The notes beneath the pieces are model-generated. The model did no database searches. It saw only the letters and a program-made list of their open reading frames with translations, and was not told the origin of the DNA. From Myxococcota bacterium (GTDB taxonomy: Bacteria; Myxococcota_A; UBA9160; SMWR01), in NCBI GenBank assembly GCA_041579295.1, contig JBFGGA010000002.1:1-50336 (forward strand): a stretch of 50,336 nucleotides of DNA. Reading direction: 5' to 3'. Below, one piece after another: positions 1-11,400 of this stretch (its first letter is position 1; every line of letters begins with the position of its first letter). A program made the translations under genes and the position numbers.

Positions 1-136
1 AGCGAATCCGGAGGATTCGCCGCCAGGAGCACGGCCGCGAGGCCGTGCGACGCCGCAAGCGAATCCGGAGGATTCGCCGCCAGGAGCACGGCCGCGAGGC
101 CGTGCGACGCCGCACGCGAATCCGGAGGATTCGCCG
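1..136. repeat. 57-bp tandem repeat (2 full copies plus a partial third), each unit built from two hairpins; REP-like extragenic element truncated by the window edge
   Basis: Unit 1-57 recurs exactly at 58-114 and partially at 115-136. Each unit contains GCGAATCC-GGA-GGATTCGC (2-20, 59-77, 116-134) and GCACGGCC-GCGA-GGCCGTGC (29-48, 86-105). Confidence 0.9.
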
Positions 137-772
137 TCACCGAATGGCTCCCCGATCGGGCAGCGGCCGCCCGAGGATGCTCAGGAACCGCTCCAAAAAA
201 TGGTAGGTCAGCCCCCAGATCACCTGGCGCCCGGGCTCCCCCACCAGGATTCCCGGGCGGCGGCGCGGCGATCCCGCCGCCACGGGGTGATCGACGTGGC
301 GCTCGCGATCTGCGAGCGATTCGAGCGGAAACCAGAAGGCGTCCCGGACCTCGTGGTTGAGGGCCAGGGCGCCGGGGTCCCGCGCGTAGAAGACGAACGC
401 GGAGACCGCGAAATCGCTGGGGGGCGCGGGCCGGCCGGGCAGATCGTCCAGGCGGCCGAGGAACTCCGAGCGCGCGAGCGACAATCCGACCTCTTCGAGT
501 GTCTCGCGCTCGGCGGTCGCGCGGGCGGTCGGGTCGCCGGCGTCCACGCGACCACCCGGCAGGGCCATGTGGCCCGACCACGGATCGCCCGCGCGCCTCG
601 CGCGCTCGATCAAGAGCAGATCCAGCGAGCCCGCTCGGTCGGTCAGCACGAGCGCCACCGCCGCGCGGTGACGCAGCGCGCCCTCGTGCAGCGCCGGCTC
701 GTGCCCGAGCAGCGCCCGTCGAACGTCGTCGACCGCCAGCACCCCGCGAACATACCCCCGCGAGCGCATCAC
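137..772 (-). CDS. NUDIX hydrolase, CoA pyrophosphatase-like
   Basis: 211-aa ORF with Nudix box GGRVDAGDPTARATAERETLEEVG (GX5EX7REUXEEXGU pattern); GC-rich third codon positions. Confidence 0.85.
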   Translation of the reverse strand: MMRSRGYVRGVLAVDDVRRALLGHEPALHEGALRHRAAVALVLTDRAGSLDLLLIERARRAGDPWSGHMALPGGRVDAGDPTARATAERETLEEVGLSLARSEFLGRLDDLPGRPAPPSDFAVSAFVFYARDPGALALNHEVRDAFWFPLESLADRERHVDHPVAAGSPRRRPGILVGEPGRQVIWGLTYHFLERFLSILGRPLPDRGAIR

Positions 773-819
773 CGACTACCATCGAGGCCGAGGCGCCCCA
801 CCCGGGCTATTTTCCGGGA

Positions 820-1977
820 ATGGTCGCCCCCCCGACGAACTCCTCCGTCATCCAGCGAATCCTCGATCTCGCCTCGAAGGAGCGGGGGGCCGCCACGCAG
901 GCGATCCGCGGCATGTCGCTCGATCAGCAGGTCGCACTGGTCTGCGACACCCCGCTCGCGCGGCGCGCGTCGGTGCTCGAGCTCCTGCCGCTTCCCGAGG
1001 CCGTCATTCCGCTGATTCCCGAAGCCGAGCTGTGCTTCACCGTCAAGGCGATCGGGATCGAAGACGCGGCCTGGGTCCTCGAACACGCGACCCCGGAACA
1101 GATCGTCGCCTGCGTGGATCTGGACGGCTGGAGCGGCACGACCGCCGATCGGGGTGCGATCGATCGCTGGGTCGACGCGCTCTCCACGATGACGGACGCG
1201 GCCTTCCTTCGCGCGGTCCGCGCGCTCGACCCGGAGCTCCCGGTGCTCTACCTCAAGCATCGGATCCGCTGCTTCCAGAAGCCGGACGACGACGACGACT
1301 GGCAGCCGCCGGAGGGGAGTCAGACCGTCGAAGGGCAGTTCCATTTCGTGGCGATTCGCGAGGGAGACGATCTCGCGTCGCTTCGCGCGATGCTGCACGG
1401 GCTCTTCGTCACCGACTACTGGTCTTACTTTCGGATGATGCAGGGGGTCCTGCACGAGCTCGCCAGCGTCAACGAGGAATGGGCGCTGCGCTGGCGCACG
1501 GGCCGTCTGGAGGACCTCGGGTTTCCACCCTGGGATCGCGCGATGGAGATCTACCAGTTCATCCGGCGAGAAGACCGGACCGCGATCCCCGACGGCGCGC
1601 AGAGCCTCGACGTGGGCGAATGGCATCTGCCCGTCTGGATGCCGAACCTCCCCGCTTCCGCCGATCACGAGCATCTGCTCTTTCGAGCACTCGCGCAGCT
1701 CGACCCATCGGAGCGCCGATCCGCGCTGTACGCGTTCCTCGCGCTCGCCAACAAGGTGGCGGTCGCAGACCGAATGGAGCTCAGCGACGCGGAGTCGACC
1801 CCGATCGCGATCGAAAAGGCCGCAGTCTTTTCCAGCGTGGGGCTCGAGTTCCTCTCGAAGGAGCTGGGGCTGAGCGCCGCTGAGCTCGTGCGCCGCGTGC
1901 CTCTGCAGCGGCTGTTCACGCTCGGTGCAAACCTGGAGCCCGAGCGCGCCTACACGCGCGACAAGGAGAGCGGCTGA
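820..1977 (+). CDS. conserved hypothetical protein (385 aa), family not nameable by eye
   Basis: In-frame ATG at 820 within track ORF 499..1977. The 107 upstream codons are Arg/Pro-rich and overlap the opposite-strand NUDIX gene, so I dropped them. Coding-like GC3 downstream. Acidic helical protein resembling uncharacterised DUF proteins of GC-rich delta/myxobacteria. Confidence 0.7.
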   Translation: MVAPPTNSSVIQRILDLASKERGAATQAIRGMSLDQQVALVCDTPLARRASVLELLPLPEAVIPLIPEAELCFTVKAIGIEDAAWVLEHATPEQIVACVDLDGWSGTTADRGAIDRWVDALSTMTDAAFLRAVRALDPELPVLYLKHRIRCFQKPDDDDDWQPPEGSQTVEGQFHFVAIREGDDLASLRAMLHGLFVTDYWSYFRMMQGVLHELASVNEEWALRWRTGRLEDLGFPPWDRAMEIYQFIRREDRTAIPDGAQSLDVGEWHLPVWMPNLPASADHEHLLFRALAQLDPSERRSALYAFLALANKVAVADRMELSDAESTPIAIEKAAVFSSVGLEFLSKELGLSAAELVRRVPLQRLFTLGANLEPERAYTRDKESG

Positions 1978-1985
1978 AGGACGAA

Positions 1986-2014
1986 GGGCCCGCCGACGCG
2001 CGGTCGGCGGGCCC
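1986..2014. terminator. bidirectional terminator-like hairpin between convergent genes
   Basis: Perfect 12-bp stem GGGCCCGCCGAC-gcgcg-GTCGGCGGGCCC, located 9 nt after the 820..1977 stop and 25 nt after the histone-like gene stop. No U-tract, so intrinsic termination is not certain. Confidence 0.5.
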
Positions 2015-2038
2015 TCGAGATCGATCCGGGGTCGTTCC

Positions 2039-2242
2039 TCAGAGATCGACCGGCTTCAGTGTCTTTCGCTTGTTGCCCAGCGCACGCTGTTCGGCCGTCG
2101 CAATCATGCCGCGAACGGTCTTGTCGAGCGCGCCGTAGAATTCGCTGCTCACGTTGCACTTCCTCGTCGCAGCCTTGGTGCGTGACTTCGAGATGATCAG
2201 ATCACCGGAGCCCTTCTTCGCCGCCTTTCTCTTCGCTGCCAT
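2039..2242 (-). CDS. histone-fold DNA-binding protein (bacterial histone, DUF1931/Bd0055-like) with Lys-rich N-terminal tail
   Basis: ATG at 2242 is preceded by AGGAGA (minus strand cgaaacAGGAGAaacaATG). The 67-aa product starts with the tail MAAKRKAAKKGSG. The body DLIISKSRTKAATRKCNVSSEFYGALDKTVRGMIATAEQRALGNKRKTLKPVDL lines up with the Bdellovibrio histone pattern (SK..K...N.S.E...L.......A...A....RKT....D). Confidence 0.7.
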   Translation of the reverse strand: MAAKRKAAKKGSGDLIISKSRTKAATRKCNVSSEFYGALDKTVRGMIATAEQRALGNKRKTLKPVDL

Positions 2243-2370
2243 TGTTTCTCCTGTTTCGTCGGTGTTCCCTTCGATCACGGTCGATTCGCAAAACCGCTCG
2301 ACGAGATCGCTCGGTGAACAGTTCGAGCTTCACCCCCATGTCGCACCTTACGGCATGGTTTGACCGGCGC

Positions 2371-2398
2371 ATCATAGACGTTCTTTCCTCGGAAGCAA
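2371..2398 (-). promoter_or_regulatory. candidate sigma70-type promoter for the histone-like gene
   Basis: Minus strand reads TTGCTT-16 nt-TATGAT in a locally AT-richer patch, about 120 nt upstream of the ATG at 2242. Confidence 0.4.
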
Positions 2399-2567
2399 AC
2401 GGAAAATGAGCGCGAGAAGCCTTCTGGGTGCCTTTTTCGGCCGGCAGCGAAATCGCATCCGGTCGGGCTGGGCGAAGCGGGACGTCGGGTGGGGGCGGAG
2501 CCCCACCGTTCTCGGCCGGGGGAGTCCGGAACCGGAAGCCGCTCTTCAGGTCTCGCACCGCCCCTGT

Positions 2568-2573
2568 TAGAAT
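2568..2573 (+). promoter_or_regulatory. candidate -10 box (TAGAAT) 8 nt upstream of the ltaE ATG; leaderless-mRNA candidate
   Basis: TAGAAT-ccggtgac-ATG with no Shine-Dalgarno in the 8-nt gap. The -35 is weak (ttcagg). Confidence 0.3.
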
Positions 2574-2581
2574 CCGGTGAC

Positions 2582-3604
2582 ATGAAGGCGATCGACCTGC
2601 GCAGCGACACCGTGACCCGGCCCACCGAAGCGATGCGAAGGGCGATGGCTGCCGCCGAAGTCGGCGACGACGTCTACGGGGAAGACCCGAGCGTCAATCG
2701 GCTACAGGAGAGGGCGGCGGAAATCACCGGAAAAGAGGCGGCCCTGTTCGTCACCTCGGGCACCATGGGCAACCAGGCGGCCATCGCGGCGTCCACGCGC
2801 CCCGGGGACACGCTGCTGGTCGGTGAAGACGCGCACATCTTTCTCTACGAGTCCGGAGCGGGAGCGGCGCTCTGGGGCGTCCAGATCGAGATGATCGGGT
2901 CGGGCGGCTTCTTCTCGGGCTCGGAGGTCGCCGACGCCATTCATCCGGTCGACGTCCACTACGCGCCCGCCCGGATGCTCGCGATGGAGAACACGCACAA
3001 CCAGAGCGGTGGCCGGGTGTTTCCGCTGGACGAGCTGAAGGAGGCCGCGGCCGTCGCGCGCGAGCACGGACTGGCGGTGCACCTCGATGGTGCGCGCATC
3101 TTCAACGCGGCGGTCGCGAGCGGCACGCCCGTGGCGAAGTGGGCGGAGCCGTTCGACTCGCTGACCTTCTGCCTCTCGAAGGGGCTCGGCGCGCCGGTCG
3201 GCTCGGTCTTGTGCGGATCGTCCGATTTCATCTCGCGCGCCCACCGCGTCCGCAAGCAGATGGGTGGCGGAATGCGCCAGGCCGGAATCATCGCGGCCGG
3301 CGGCCTCCACGCACTGGACCACCACGTGGATCGCCTCGCCGACGATCACGCCAACGCGCGACGCCTCGCGACGGGACTCCAGAACATCGGCTTCAAGGTC
3401 GACCCCTTCCCCGAGACGAACATCGTGATCTTCGAGGCGGACCGCGCGGAAGAGTTCGAGGAGGAAATGCAGTCGCGCGGCGTCTTGATGCTGGCCCTGA
3501 CGAAGCGCCTGGTTCGAGCGGTGACGCACTTGGACGTCCCGGAAGCGGACGTCGACGATGCGCTCGGTCGCATTGCAGATGTCGTGAAAGCCCGACCTCG
3601 TTGA
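2582..3604 (+). CDS. ltaE: low-specificity L-threonine aldolase
   Basis: 340 aa starting [43 protein letters not shown], the canonical threonine aldolase N-terminus. The PLP-lysine region ([13 protein letters not shown]) is present. Confidence 0.85.
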   Translation: MKAIDLRSDTVTRPTEAMRRAMAAAEVGDDVYGEDPSVNRLQERAAEITGKEAALFVTSGTMGNQAAIAASTRPGDTLLVGEDAHIFLYESGAGAALWGVQIEMIGSGGFFSGSEVADAIHPVDVHYAPARMLAMENTHNQSGGRVFPLDELKEAAAVAREHGLAVHLDGARIFNAAVASGTPVAKWAEPFDSLTFCLSKGLGAPVGSVLCGSSDFISRAHRVRKQMGGGMRQAGIIAAGGLHALDHHVDRLADDHANARRLATGLQNIGFKVDPFPETNIVIFEADRAEEFEEEMQSRGVLMLALTKRLVRAVTHLDVPEADVDDALGRIADVVKARPR

Positions 3605-3706
3605 TCGGTCGCGCTGCATCGGCGCCGTAGCGCCGGGAATAACGCGCACTCGAGTGCGCACCGGTGAGCCGATCTGCTCGCCAGCCCGTCCAGACGAGGA
3701 GTCGAA

Positions 3707-4495
3707 ATGTCATTCGAGAACGTGATCTTCGAGGTCGACGGCGGGATCGCCCGGCTGACGCTGAACCGCCCGAAGGCCGCCAACTCCCTCAACCTCGATC
3801 TGACCCACGAGCTGCTCCGAGCGGCCACCGCCTGCGCGGAGGACGCGTCGATTCGCGCGGTGCTGCTGACGGGAGCCGGCCGATTCTTCAGCGCGGGCGG
3901 AGACCTGAAGAACTTCGCGGCCGCCGAGGATCAGATCCCGAAGCTCGTGGCCGAAACGGCCAACACGCTCCACGCGGCGATCGCAAAACTTGCGCGCATG
4001 GACGCGCCCGTCGTGGCAGCGGTCAACGGGCCAGCGGCGGGCGCCGGCATGAGCTTGGTCTGCATGACGGACATCGCGTTGGCCGCCGAATCCGCGTTCT
4101 TCAGCATGGCGTACACCGCGGCGGGACTCGCGCCGGACGGGAGCTCGACCTACTTCCTGCCGCGCATCGTCGGAATCCGGCGCGCCAGGGAGCTCATGCT
4201 CACCAATCGCAGACTCTCCGCCGCCGAAGCCTGCGAGCTGGGGATCGTCGAGCGCGTCGTCCCCGACGACGACCTCATGCAGGAGGCCGAGAATCTCGCG
4301 AGCATGCTCGCGAGCGGACCCACACTCGCCTTCGGAGCCGTCAAGAAGCTGCTGATCGCGAGCCAGAACGCGCAGCTCGAAGATCAGCTCGACGCCGAGA
4401 CGAGCGCGATCGTCGCGATGGCCGGGACGTCGGACGGGCGCGAAGGCGTCTCGGCGTTTCGGGAGAAACGCAAGCCCAGCTTCCGAGGGGCTTGA
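3707..4495 (+). CDS. enoyl-CoA hydratase/isomerase (crotonase) family protein
   Basis: 262 aa. N-terminus VIFEVDGGIARLTLNRPKAANSLN plus FSAGGDLK and AAVNGPAAGAGMSL oxyanion-hole motifs. Confidence 0.85.
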   Translation: MSFENVIFEVDGGIARLTLNRPKAANSLNLDLTHELLRAATACAEDASIRAVLLTGAGRFFSAGGDLKNFAAAEDQIPKLVAETANTLHAAIAKLARMDAPVVAAVNGPAAGAGMSLVCMTDIALAAESAFFSMAYTAAGLAPDGSSTYFLPRIVGIRRARELMLTNRRLSAAEACELGIVERVVPDDDLMQEAENLASMLASGPTLAFGAVKKLLIASQNAQLEDQLDAETSAIVAMAGTSDGREGVSAFREKRKPSFRGA

Positions 4496-4547
4496 TCGCG
4501 GCAAAAATCGGGGAGGCCCGATCTCAGCGACGGCGACGGCGACGGCG

Positions 4548-6239
4548 CTAACGCACTCCGTCTGTTACACATCCGAGTGAAGCCGAGCTCACCGATTGGA
4601 TGTACTTGTAGAGCGTCCCCCGCTTCGCCTTGAGCTCGGGCGCCTTCCAGCGCGAGCGCCGCGCTTGGAGCTCGCCGGCGTCGACCTCCAGTTCGATGGT
4701 GTGCTTCTTCACGTCGATCGCAATCACGTCGCCGTCTTCGATCAGCGCAATCGGTCCGCCCTCCTGGGCCTCGGGCGTGACGTGCCCGATCAAGAAGCCG
4801 TGGGAGCCGCCCGAGAAGCGGCCGTCCGTGATCAGCGCGACGTCCGACCCGAAGCCCGCGCCCATCAGCACGGAGGTCGGGGTGAGCATCTCGGGCATGC
4901 CGGGGCCGCCCTTCGGGCCCTCGTAGCGGATCACGACGACGTCACCCGTCTGGATCTTCCCCTGCTCCACCGCGGCGAGCATGTCCTCCTCGCAGTCGAA
5001 CGCGCGCGCCGGCCCGGAGAACAGATAACCCTCCTTGCCGGTGATCTTCCCCACCGCCCCGTCGGGCGCGAGGCTGCCGCGCAGGATCTGCAGATGGCCG
5101 GTCTGCTGGATCGGATCCTCCCAGGCGCGGATCACCCGCTGGCCGGCCGCGAGTGGCGGCGCCCCCGCGAGATTATCGGCGAGGGTCTCGCCGGTCACGG
5201 TGAGACAGTCCCCGTGGAGCGCCCCCTTCTCGAGCAGGTATTTCATCACGGCGGGCGTCCCACCGATGTCGTGGAGATCCTCCATCACGTACTGACCGCT
5301 GGGCTTGAGGTCGGCGAGGTAGGGGATGCGGTCGCTCGCCCGTTGGAAATCGTCGATCCCGAGCGGCACGCCGATCGCGTCGGCCATCGCGATCAGATGC
5401 AGCACGGCATTCGTCGAGCCACCCAGCGCGACCACCAACGCGATGGCGTTCTCGAACGCCGCGGGCGTCATGATGTCGCTGGGCTTGATGTCCCGCTCCA
5501 GCAGATGGCGGATCGCGGCGCCCGCGCGGCGGCACTCCTCGGCTTTCTCGGGAGCTTCCGCGGGCGTCGACGAGCTGTAGGGAAGACTCATGCCGAGCGC
5601 CTCGATCGCGACGGCCATCGTGTTCGCGGTGTACATCCCGCCGCACGCGCCCGCTCCCGGACAGGCCCTGCGCACGATGTCGCTGCGCGTCTCGTCGTCG
5701 ATCGCCCCCGACAGATACCTTCCGTAGCTCTCGAACGCGGAGATGATGTCGAGCTTGTCTCCGCTTCGCGTGTGGCCGGGTTTGATGGTCCCGCCATAGA
5801 TCATCAGGGAGGGGCGGTTTAGGCGCGCCATCGCCATCACGCAGCCGGGCATGTTCTTGTCGCAACCGGGCAGCGAGATGTTGGCATCGTACCACTGGGC
5901 GCACATCACCGTCTCGATGGAATCCGCGATCAGATCCCGCGATTGCAGCGAGTAGCTCATGCCCTCCGTTCCCATCGAGATCCCATCCGAGACGCCGATG
6001 GTGTTGAAGCGCATCCCGACCATTCCGGCGTCGACAACGCCCTGCTTGACGAGCGCAGCGAGGTCGTTCAGGTGCATGTTGCAGGAATTCCCCTCGTACC
6101 AGACGCTGGAGATCCCCACCTGCGGCTTCTCCATGTCGGACTCGGTCAACCCCGTCGCGTACAGCATCGCCTGGGAGGCGCCCTGTGCCTTCGGTTGCGT
6201 GATGCGGCGGCTGATCTTGTTCAGGACTTGCTTCATCAT
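4548..6239 (-). CDS. ilvD: dihydroxy-acid dehydratase
   Basis: 563 aa from [15 protein letters not shown]... with GGAG upstream. IlvD/Edd hallmarks are present ([28 protein letters not shown]). Confidence 0.95.
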   Translation of the reverse strand: MMKQVLNKISRRITQPKAQGASQAMLYATGLTESDMEKPQVGISSVWYEGNSCNMHLNDLAALVKQGVVDAGMVGMRFNTIGVSDGISMGTEGMSYSLQSRDLIADSIETVMCAQWYDANISLPGCDKNMPGCVMAMARLNRPSLMIYGGTIKPGHTRSGDKLDIISAFESYGRYLSGAIDDETRSDIVRRACPGAGACGGMYTANTMAVAIEALGMSLPYSSSTPAEAPEKAEECRRAGAAIRHLLERDIKPSDIMTPAAFENAIALVVALGGSTNAVLHLIAMADAIGVPLGIDDFQRASDRIPYLADLKPSGQYVMEDLHDIGGTPAVMKYLLEKGALHGDCLTVTGETLADNLAGAPPLAAGQRVIRAWEDPIQQTGHLQILRGSLAPDGAVGKITGKEGYLFSGPARAFDCEEDMLAAVEQGKIQTGDVVVIRYEGPKGGPGMPEMLTPTSVLMGAGFGSDVALITDGRFSGGSHGFLIGHVTPEAQEGGPIALIEDGDVIAIDVKKHTIELEVDAGELQARRSRWKAPELKAKRGTLYKYIQSVSSASLGCVTDGVR

Positions 6240-6381
6240 CGGACTCCGCGATCCAGACTCGAATCGCACCCACGAGGCCGGCCAAGATAGCGCCGATCCG
6301 CGCCGTTCGGACGCGCGGACCGTAGGCCCGAGGCCGGCACGGGGTTGGAGCCAAGACGGGCCGATCGGCTCGTCGCAGCGA

Positions 6382-6400
6382 GCGAATCCGCAGGATTCGC
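6382..6400. repeat. REP-like hairpin (single copy)
   Basis: GCGAATCC-GCA-GGATTCGC preceded by AGCGA, in the gap between ilvD and the antiporter gene. Same motif as at 1-136 and 47147-47198. Confidence 0.7.
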
Positions 6401-6415
6401 CGCGGAAGGCTCCCG

Positions 6416-8338
6416 TCAGCGCGCCCCCGCATCGGCCGCGTCGGGCGCGACCGGAGACGTGGGCGACTCCACGGGCTTCCAGCCGAGGGCGGCGAGGATC
6501 TCCGCGGCGCTCTCGCGCTCCTCTCGATGTACGGCCACGGCCGCCACGTCGCCGGCCGCGAGCGAGAAGCCCGCGTGCATCGGCGCGACCTTCTTGCCGC
6601 GCCGGATCGAGAGGATCACGAACTGCTCGCCGATCTCGACAGGCGGCTCATCGGCGCTCGCCTCCCGATCCGATCCGCCAACGTACTCCCAGGTTTCGAC
6701 CTCGAGCTCGCCGTGACGGGCGCGGACGTCCCATCGCTCGACGTCGTGGGGGCCGTCGAACAGCACGACGACCTGCTCGCGCTTCACCAGGTCCGGCGCG
6801 AGTCCGGATTCCGGGTTGGTGGCGGCCACGTACGCGCGCGGAACACCGAAGTGCTCTCGGGCGCGGCTCGCGAAGATGCTGTTCAGCATCTGGTTGGTGG
6901 TGAGGCCGATCGCGCTGCCGACGTTCTCGAACCGCGCGCGCTGCAGCGTCCTCTCCTGAAGCGCGTCGCCGTACACGACCGGAAAGCCCGCTTCTTCCGC
7001 GAGGCGGCAATTCGCGGGATTGGTGTCGAGGAAGACGACCGGGATGCCGCCGTCCCTGAGTTGGTTGCCGAGCTCGATACCCAACCCCTGGGCGCCCAGG
7101 ATTGCGACCGTCTCGCGCCCGGGAAGTCGCACCTTCAGCAGGTTCGCCACCGGCGCGCCCGTCAGCCCCGCGAGGACGACGGTCGCGGCGATGCACAGAA
7201 ACACCATCGCGCGCAGCTCCGGACCGCCGGCGATGCCCTGGCTCTCCATCGCGGTCGCCGTGACGGATGCGACCGCGGCGGCCACGATCCCGCGCGGGGC
7301 GATCCAGGCGACGAAGAGCCGCTCGCGCAGCGAGAGCTCGGATCCGAGCGTCGACAACGCGACGTCGAGCGGTCGAATGACGGCGACGAGCAGGCCGACC
7401 ACCGCGAGTCCGCTCCAACCGAGCGCCAGCACGTCGTCCAACCGCACGTCTGCGGCCAGCAACACGAAGAGCAGTCCGATCAACAGGACCGTGAGCTGAT
7501 CCTTGAATTCGCGAAGGTCCCGGTCGACCCGCGTTCGCGAATTGCCGACCACCACGCCCGCCACCGTCACGGCGAGGATCCCGCTGTGGGAGACGAAGTG
7601 GTCGCAGCCCTGATAGACGAGCAGCACGTAGGCGAGCGCGAAGATGTTCTCGTAGCCCTCGGGGACGATGTCCTGGACGCGCAGCAACCACGCCAGCACG
7701 AACCCCGCGATCCCGCCGGCGATCGCCCCGAAGCCGAGGCTGACGGCGAGCACCATCGGCGCATTCCAGACCGACTCGATCCCCTGCAGGTAGATCCCGA
7801 GCAGCAGCGCGGCGAGAATCGCACCGATCGGGTCGATCAGGACGCCCTCCGCCTCGAGCACGGTCGCGAGCCTCGGGCGCAGCCTCAGATTCCGCACCAA
7901 CGGACCGATCACGGTCGGGCCGGTGACGACGACCAATCCGCCGAAGACGACCGACCGCATCCAGGGCCAACCGAGACACCAGTGCGCGGCGAGCGCACCA
8001 CCCAGCAGCGTGATCAGCGCTCCCCAGGTGACGAGGCGTCGGATCGAAGTCTGCTCGCGCCGCAAGCGCGAGATCTCGAGATTGAGCCCGCCCTCGAAGA
8101 GGATCACCGCAACCGCGAGATCGACGACCGCGACCAGGCCCAGACCGAGCGAGCGCGGCTCGATCCACGCGAGCCCGTCCGGGCCGAGGCAGGCACCCGC
8201 GAGCAACAGCAGCACGATGCCGGGAATCCGCAGGTGCCACGACACCGATTGGGCGAAGATGCCGACCGCCAGGGCGAGCACCATCGTGAGTGCGGGGTGA
8301 TCCACGGTCGCCAAGGCTAACCCGAACGCGACCGACAA
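6416..8338 (-). CDS. cation:proton antiporter (NhaP/CPA1-like) with C-terminal RCK (TrkA-N/TrkA-C) domains
   Basis: 640 aa. About 400 aa of multi-helix Na+/H+ exchanger-type membrane domain. Followed by a Rossmann-like [10 protein letters not shown] segment and a TrkA-C-like tail ([28 protein letters not shown]). Confidence 0.85.
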   Translation of the reverse strand: MSVAFGLALATVDHPALTMVLALAVGIFAQSVSWHLRIPGIVLLLLAGACLGPDGLAWIEPRSLGLGLVAVVDLAVAVILFEGGLNLEISRLRREQTSIRRLVTWGALITLLGGALAAHWCLGWPWMRSVVFGGLVVVTGPTVIGPLVRNLRLRPRLATVLEAEGVLIDPIGAILAALLLGIYLQGIESVWNAPMVLAVSLGFGAIAGGIAGFVLAWLLRVQDIVPEGYENIFALAYVLLVYQGCDHFVSHSGILAVTVAGVVVGNSRTRVDRDLREFKDQLTVLLIGLLFVLLAADVRLDDVLALGWSGLAVVGLLVAVIRPLDVALSTLGSELSLRERLFVAWIAPRGIVAAAVASVTATAMESQGIAGGPELRAMVFLCIAATVVLAGLTGAPVANLLKVRLPGRETVAILGAQGLGIELGNQLRDGGIPVVFLDTNPANCRLAEEAGFPVVYGDALQERTLQRARFENVGSAIGLTTNQMLNSIFASRAREHFGVPRAYVAATNPESGLAPDLVKREQVVVLFDGPHDVERWDVRARHGELEVETWEYVGGSDREASADEPPVEIGEQFVILSIRRGKKVAPMHAGFSLAAGDVAAVAVHREERESAAEILAALGWKPVESPTSPVAPDAADAGAR

Positions 8339-8468
8339 TCACCTTCGCGAGCGAATCGGTCGCCGTCGCGGCTGCGGTATGATGGGCGATCCCACGACGG
8401 CTCCACGGACACCGCAACCCGTCGCGTTCGAGCCGTAGCGTCCCGCTCGAAAGCACAGGAGCAGGTCG

Positions 8469-11400
8469 ATGCCGATGCAGGGCCGGACAGACCTCTTCTG
8501 GCGGGTGTTCTCGGATGTCCGCGCGCAGGAGCGATCGCGGTTCCTGTTCTTCGCGGGTTTGGCCGCACTGGTGAGCCTGGCGCAGACGCTCGGGCTCACG
8601 GGCGCGGAAGCGCTCTTCCTCGCCGAGGTCGGCATCGAATACCTGCCGATCACGATCATCTGCGGATCGATCTCGACGGTGTTGGGCTTCGCAATCTACG
8701 CGGCGCGGGTGGGCGACGTTCGCAACGACAGCTTCTTCATCCAGATGCTGGTCGGCGCGGGGGTTGCGCTCAGCGCCACGACGAGCGGGATCTGGCTCCA
8801 GATCCCCGGCGTGGCGGTCTTCCTGATCTGCTTCTTCTTCGTCACCCAGGCGATCTTCGTCAATCACCTCTGGACGTTCACCGCGGATTACTTCGACACG
8901 GTCGCCAGCAAGCGGATCGTTCCGCTGCTCACCATCGGAGCGAGCATCGGGGGCGTGGTCGGCGGCCTCGTCGCGGTGGTGATGACCGGGATCGCGGGAG
9001 CCGCGAGCCTCATCGTCGGCTGGGCGATCTTCCTGCTCGCCGCGGCCTCGATGGTTCGAATCGGTCGCTCGCGGCTGCGCAGCTGGGGGCCGATCGATCT
9101 CGAGGAAGCGGACGAGACCTCCGTGGAGGGAATCCGCGGGGCGATCCGATACGTGCGCGCCTCCAAGCTCGGCAGCGCCCTGCTCGTGTCCGCAATCGGA
9201 ATGATCCTGGCCCTCGTCGTCGCGCGTTACATGTGGCTGGATGCGTTCGCGCTGCGCTTCCCGGATCCCGCAGACCTGGCCGCCTTCATCGGCCTCTTCC
9301 TGGCCGTCACCAACGCGCTCGAGATCGCCATCGAGATGTGGGTCACCCCCTGGGTCATTCGACACCTCGGCGTGCCGGGAAGCAACCTGATCCATCCGAC
9401 ACTGACGCTGTTGAGCTTCGGGGGGCTCGCCTACCAGTACAACATCGTCTCCGGCTCGCTTGCGCGCATGAACGGAGAAATGCTCGAGAACGCGCTCGCA
9501 AACCCGATTCGCGCGCTGCTCTGCAACGCCATACCGCTGCGCTTCCGCGGTCGCGTGAGGGCCTTCATCGAGGGGATCGCGGTCTACGCGGGCATGTCGA
9601 TCGGCGGCGCCGTGCTCTGGGCTCTCGGCAGCCCGGAACCGTTCTGGTTGGCCGTGGCGGGTGGTTTCGCGAGCGCAATCTATCTCGTCGCCAACATCGG
9701 AGTGCGCCGCGAATACGTTCGTACGCTCGTCGATCAGCTCCGCGCGGGAAGGATCGACCTCGAGAGCCTCGGCGACGGGATCGGCAAATGGGAGGCCTCC
9801 CGCCTCGCCGAGCTGTGGGAAGAGCTCATCCGCAGGGAGGGCGACCGCCCCTCGAAGTCGCTCCTCAAGCTCATCAAGGCGCTCGCGGACCAGGGCATCG
9901 TCGAACCGCTGCTGCGCGCGCTCACCCATCCGAGTGTCGACGTGCGCAGCGCCTGCGCAACGGCACTGGCGTCGACGGGCCGGCGCGACAGCGCCGCCGC
10001 GCTCGAGTCCAGCCTCGACGATCCGGAGGCGCGGGTTCGGATCGCCGCGATCGACGGCCTCGTGCGACTCGGTGGCGAATCCCGGCTGGGGCCGAGGCTG
10101 CATCGACTGCTCGAAGATCCCGATCCCGTGGTTCGCGCCGAGGCGGCGCGGAGGGGCGGCACCCCAGGCGCGATCGCGCTCGAGAAGATGATCGGCTCGC
10201 CGGATCCCGCGGAGAGCATCGCCGCTCTCAAAGGCGCGCCGCCCGCGCTGCGGGCGGCCGTCGAAACGCGGATCCGCGACGCCGATCCCGGCGTGCGAGC
10301 CGCGGCGCTCAAACGAACCGCGGAGATCGCCGCAGAGCCCTCGATCGAGATGGAGGAGCTTCGGACGGCGCTCGCGGACCGCGATCCCCGCGTGAGGAGC
10401 GCGGCCGTCTACCTGTTGGCGAACGTCGAGGGGGAGGAAGCGCTCGAAGCGCTGGCGGCGGCCCTCGCGGACCCGTCCGCCGAGGTTCAGTTCGCGGCCG
10501 GCTCCGCGCTGATCTCGCACGGCGACGCGGCCGCGGACGCGATCGAGGGCCATCTGCGCGGCGAGTGCGAGCGCGCCGTCGCCGCCGCTCTGAGGGTTGC
10601 CGCGCATCTCGGCCCCGATCAATCGACGAGAATCCTTCACCGCGAGTTGCGCCGCCGCGCGCGCGAGCTGTGGTACTGGATGATCGCCCAGCAGCGCGTG
10701 ACGACAGACGGCGGACTGGCCAACCGCTTCCTGCGCACCGCTTTCCTGGATGGCGTGGCGCGCAACCAGCGCATCGCCTTCCGGATCCTGGAATTCCTGG
10801 AGGGATCCAGCGTCGTGCGCAACATCGAAAAGGCGTTGCGCTTTGGCACGACCCGGGCCAGGGGAGATGCGCTCGAAATCCTCTCCCATCTGGGCGATCG
10901 GGAGGCCGCTCGACTGCTCGTGATCTTCTACGAATCCGGATCGCTCGCAGATCGAATCGAGATGATCCATAAATACGTGTCCGTCCCCGACGATCTTCAA
11001 CAGATGATCGAGAATGCGCTCAAATCGGATTCGAGATGGATTCGAATGGGCGCGCTGGACTTCGTCGACGGGGTCGATCGAAAGCCGCGCGAGGAGGCAA
11101 TCATGGAACGCTTGCTGGCACTCAAGGAGATCCCGCTCTTCAAGAATCTGAGCCTGGATCAGCTCGAAGCGGTGCACCAGATCACCAAGGAGGTGGAGTA
11201 CCTGCCGGGGGAGGTCATTCTGAGACAGGACGAGCTCGGCGATGAGCTCTACCTGCTCCTCGAGGGCCGCGTGCGGATCTTCACGAACTACGGCATGCCC
11301 ACCGAGGACGAAAAGCCCTCGCAAAGCGCGGTGAGTTCCTTCGGCGAGATGGCGGTGCTCCACGACGGAACGCGAACCGCGACGGTGGTGGCCGCGGAGC

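Noticed and set aside
499-819. N-terminal 107-codon extension of the 820..1977 gene
   Set aside because: The extension is Arg/Pro/Ala-rich and overlaps the NUDIX gene on the opposite strand. The internal ATG at 820 lies just past that gene, in the intergenic gap.
4527-4547. GACGGC hexanucleotide repeated about 3.5 times next to the ilvD stop
   Set aside because: It is too short to be meaningful, and such runs are expected by chance in DNA of this composition.
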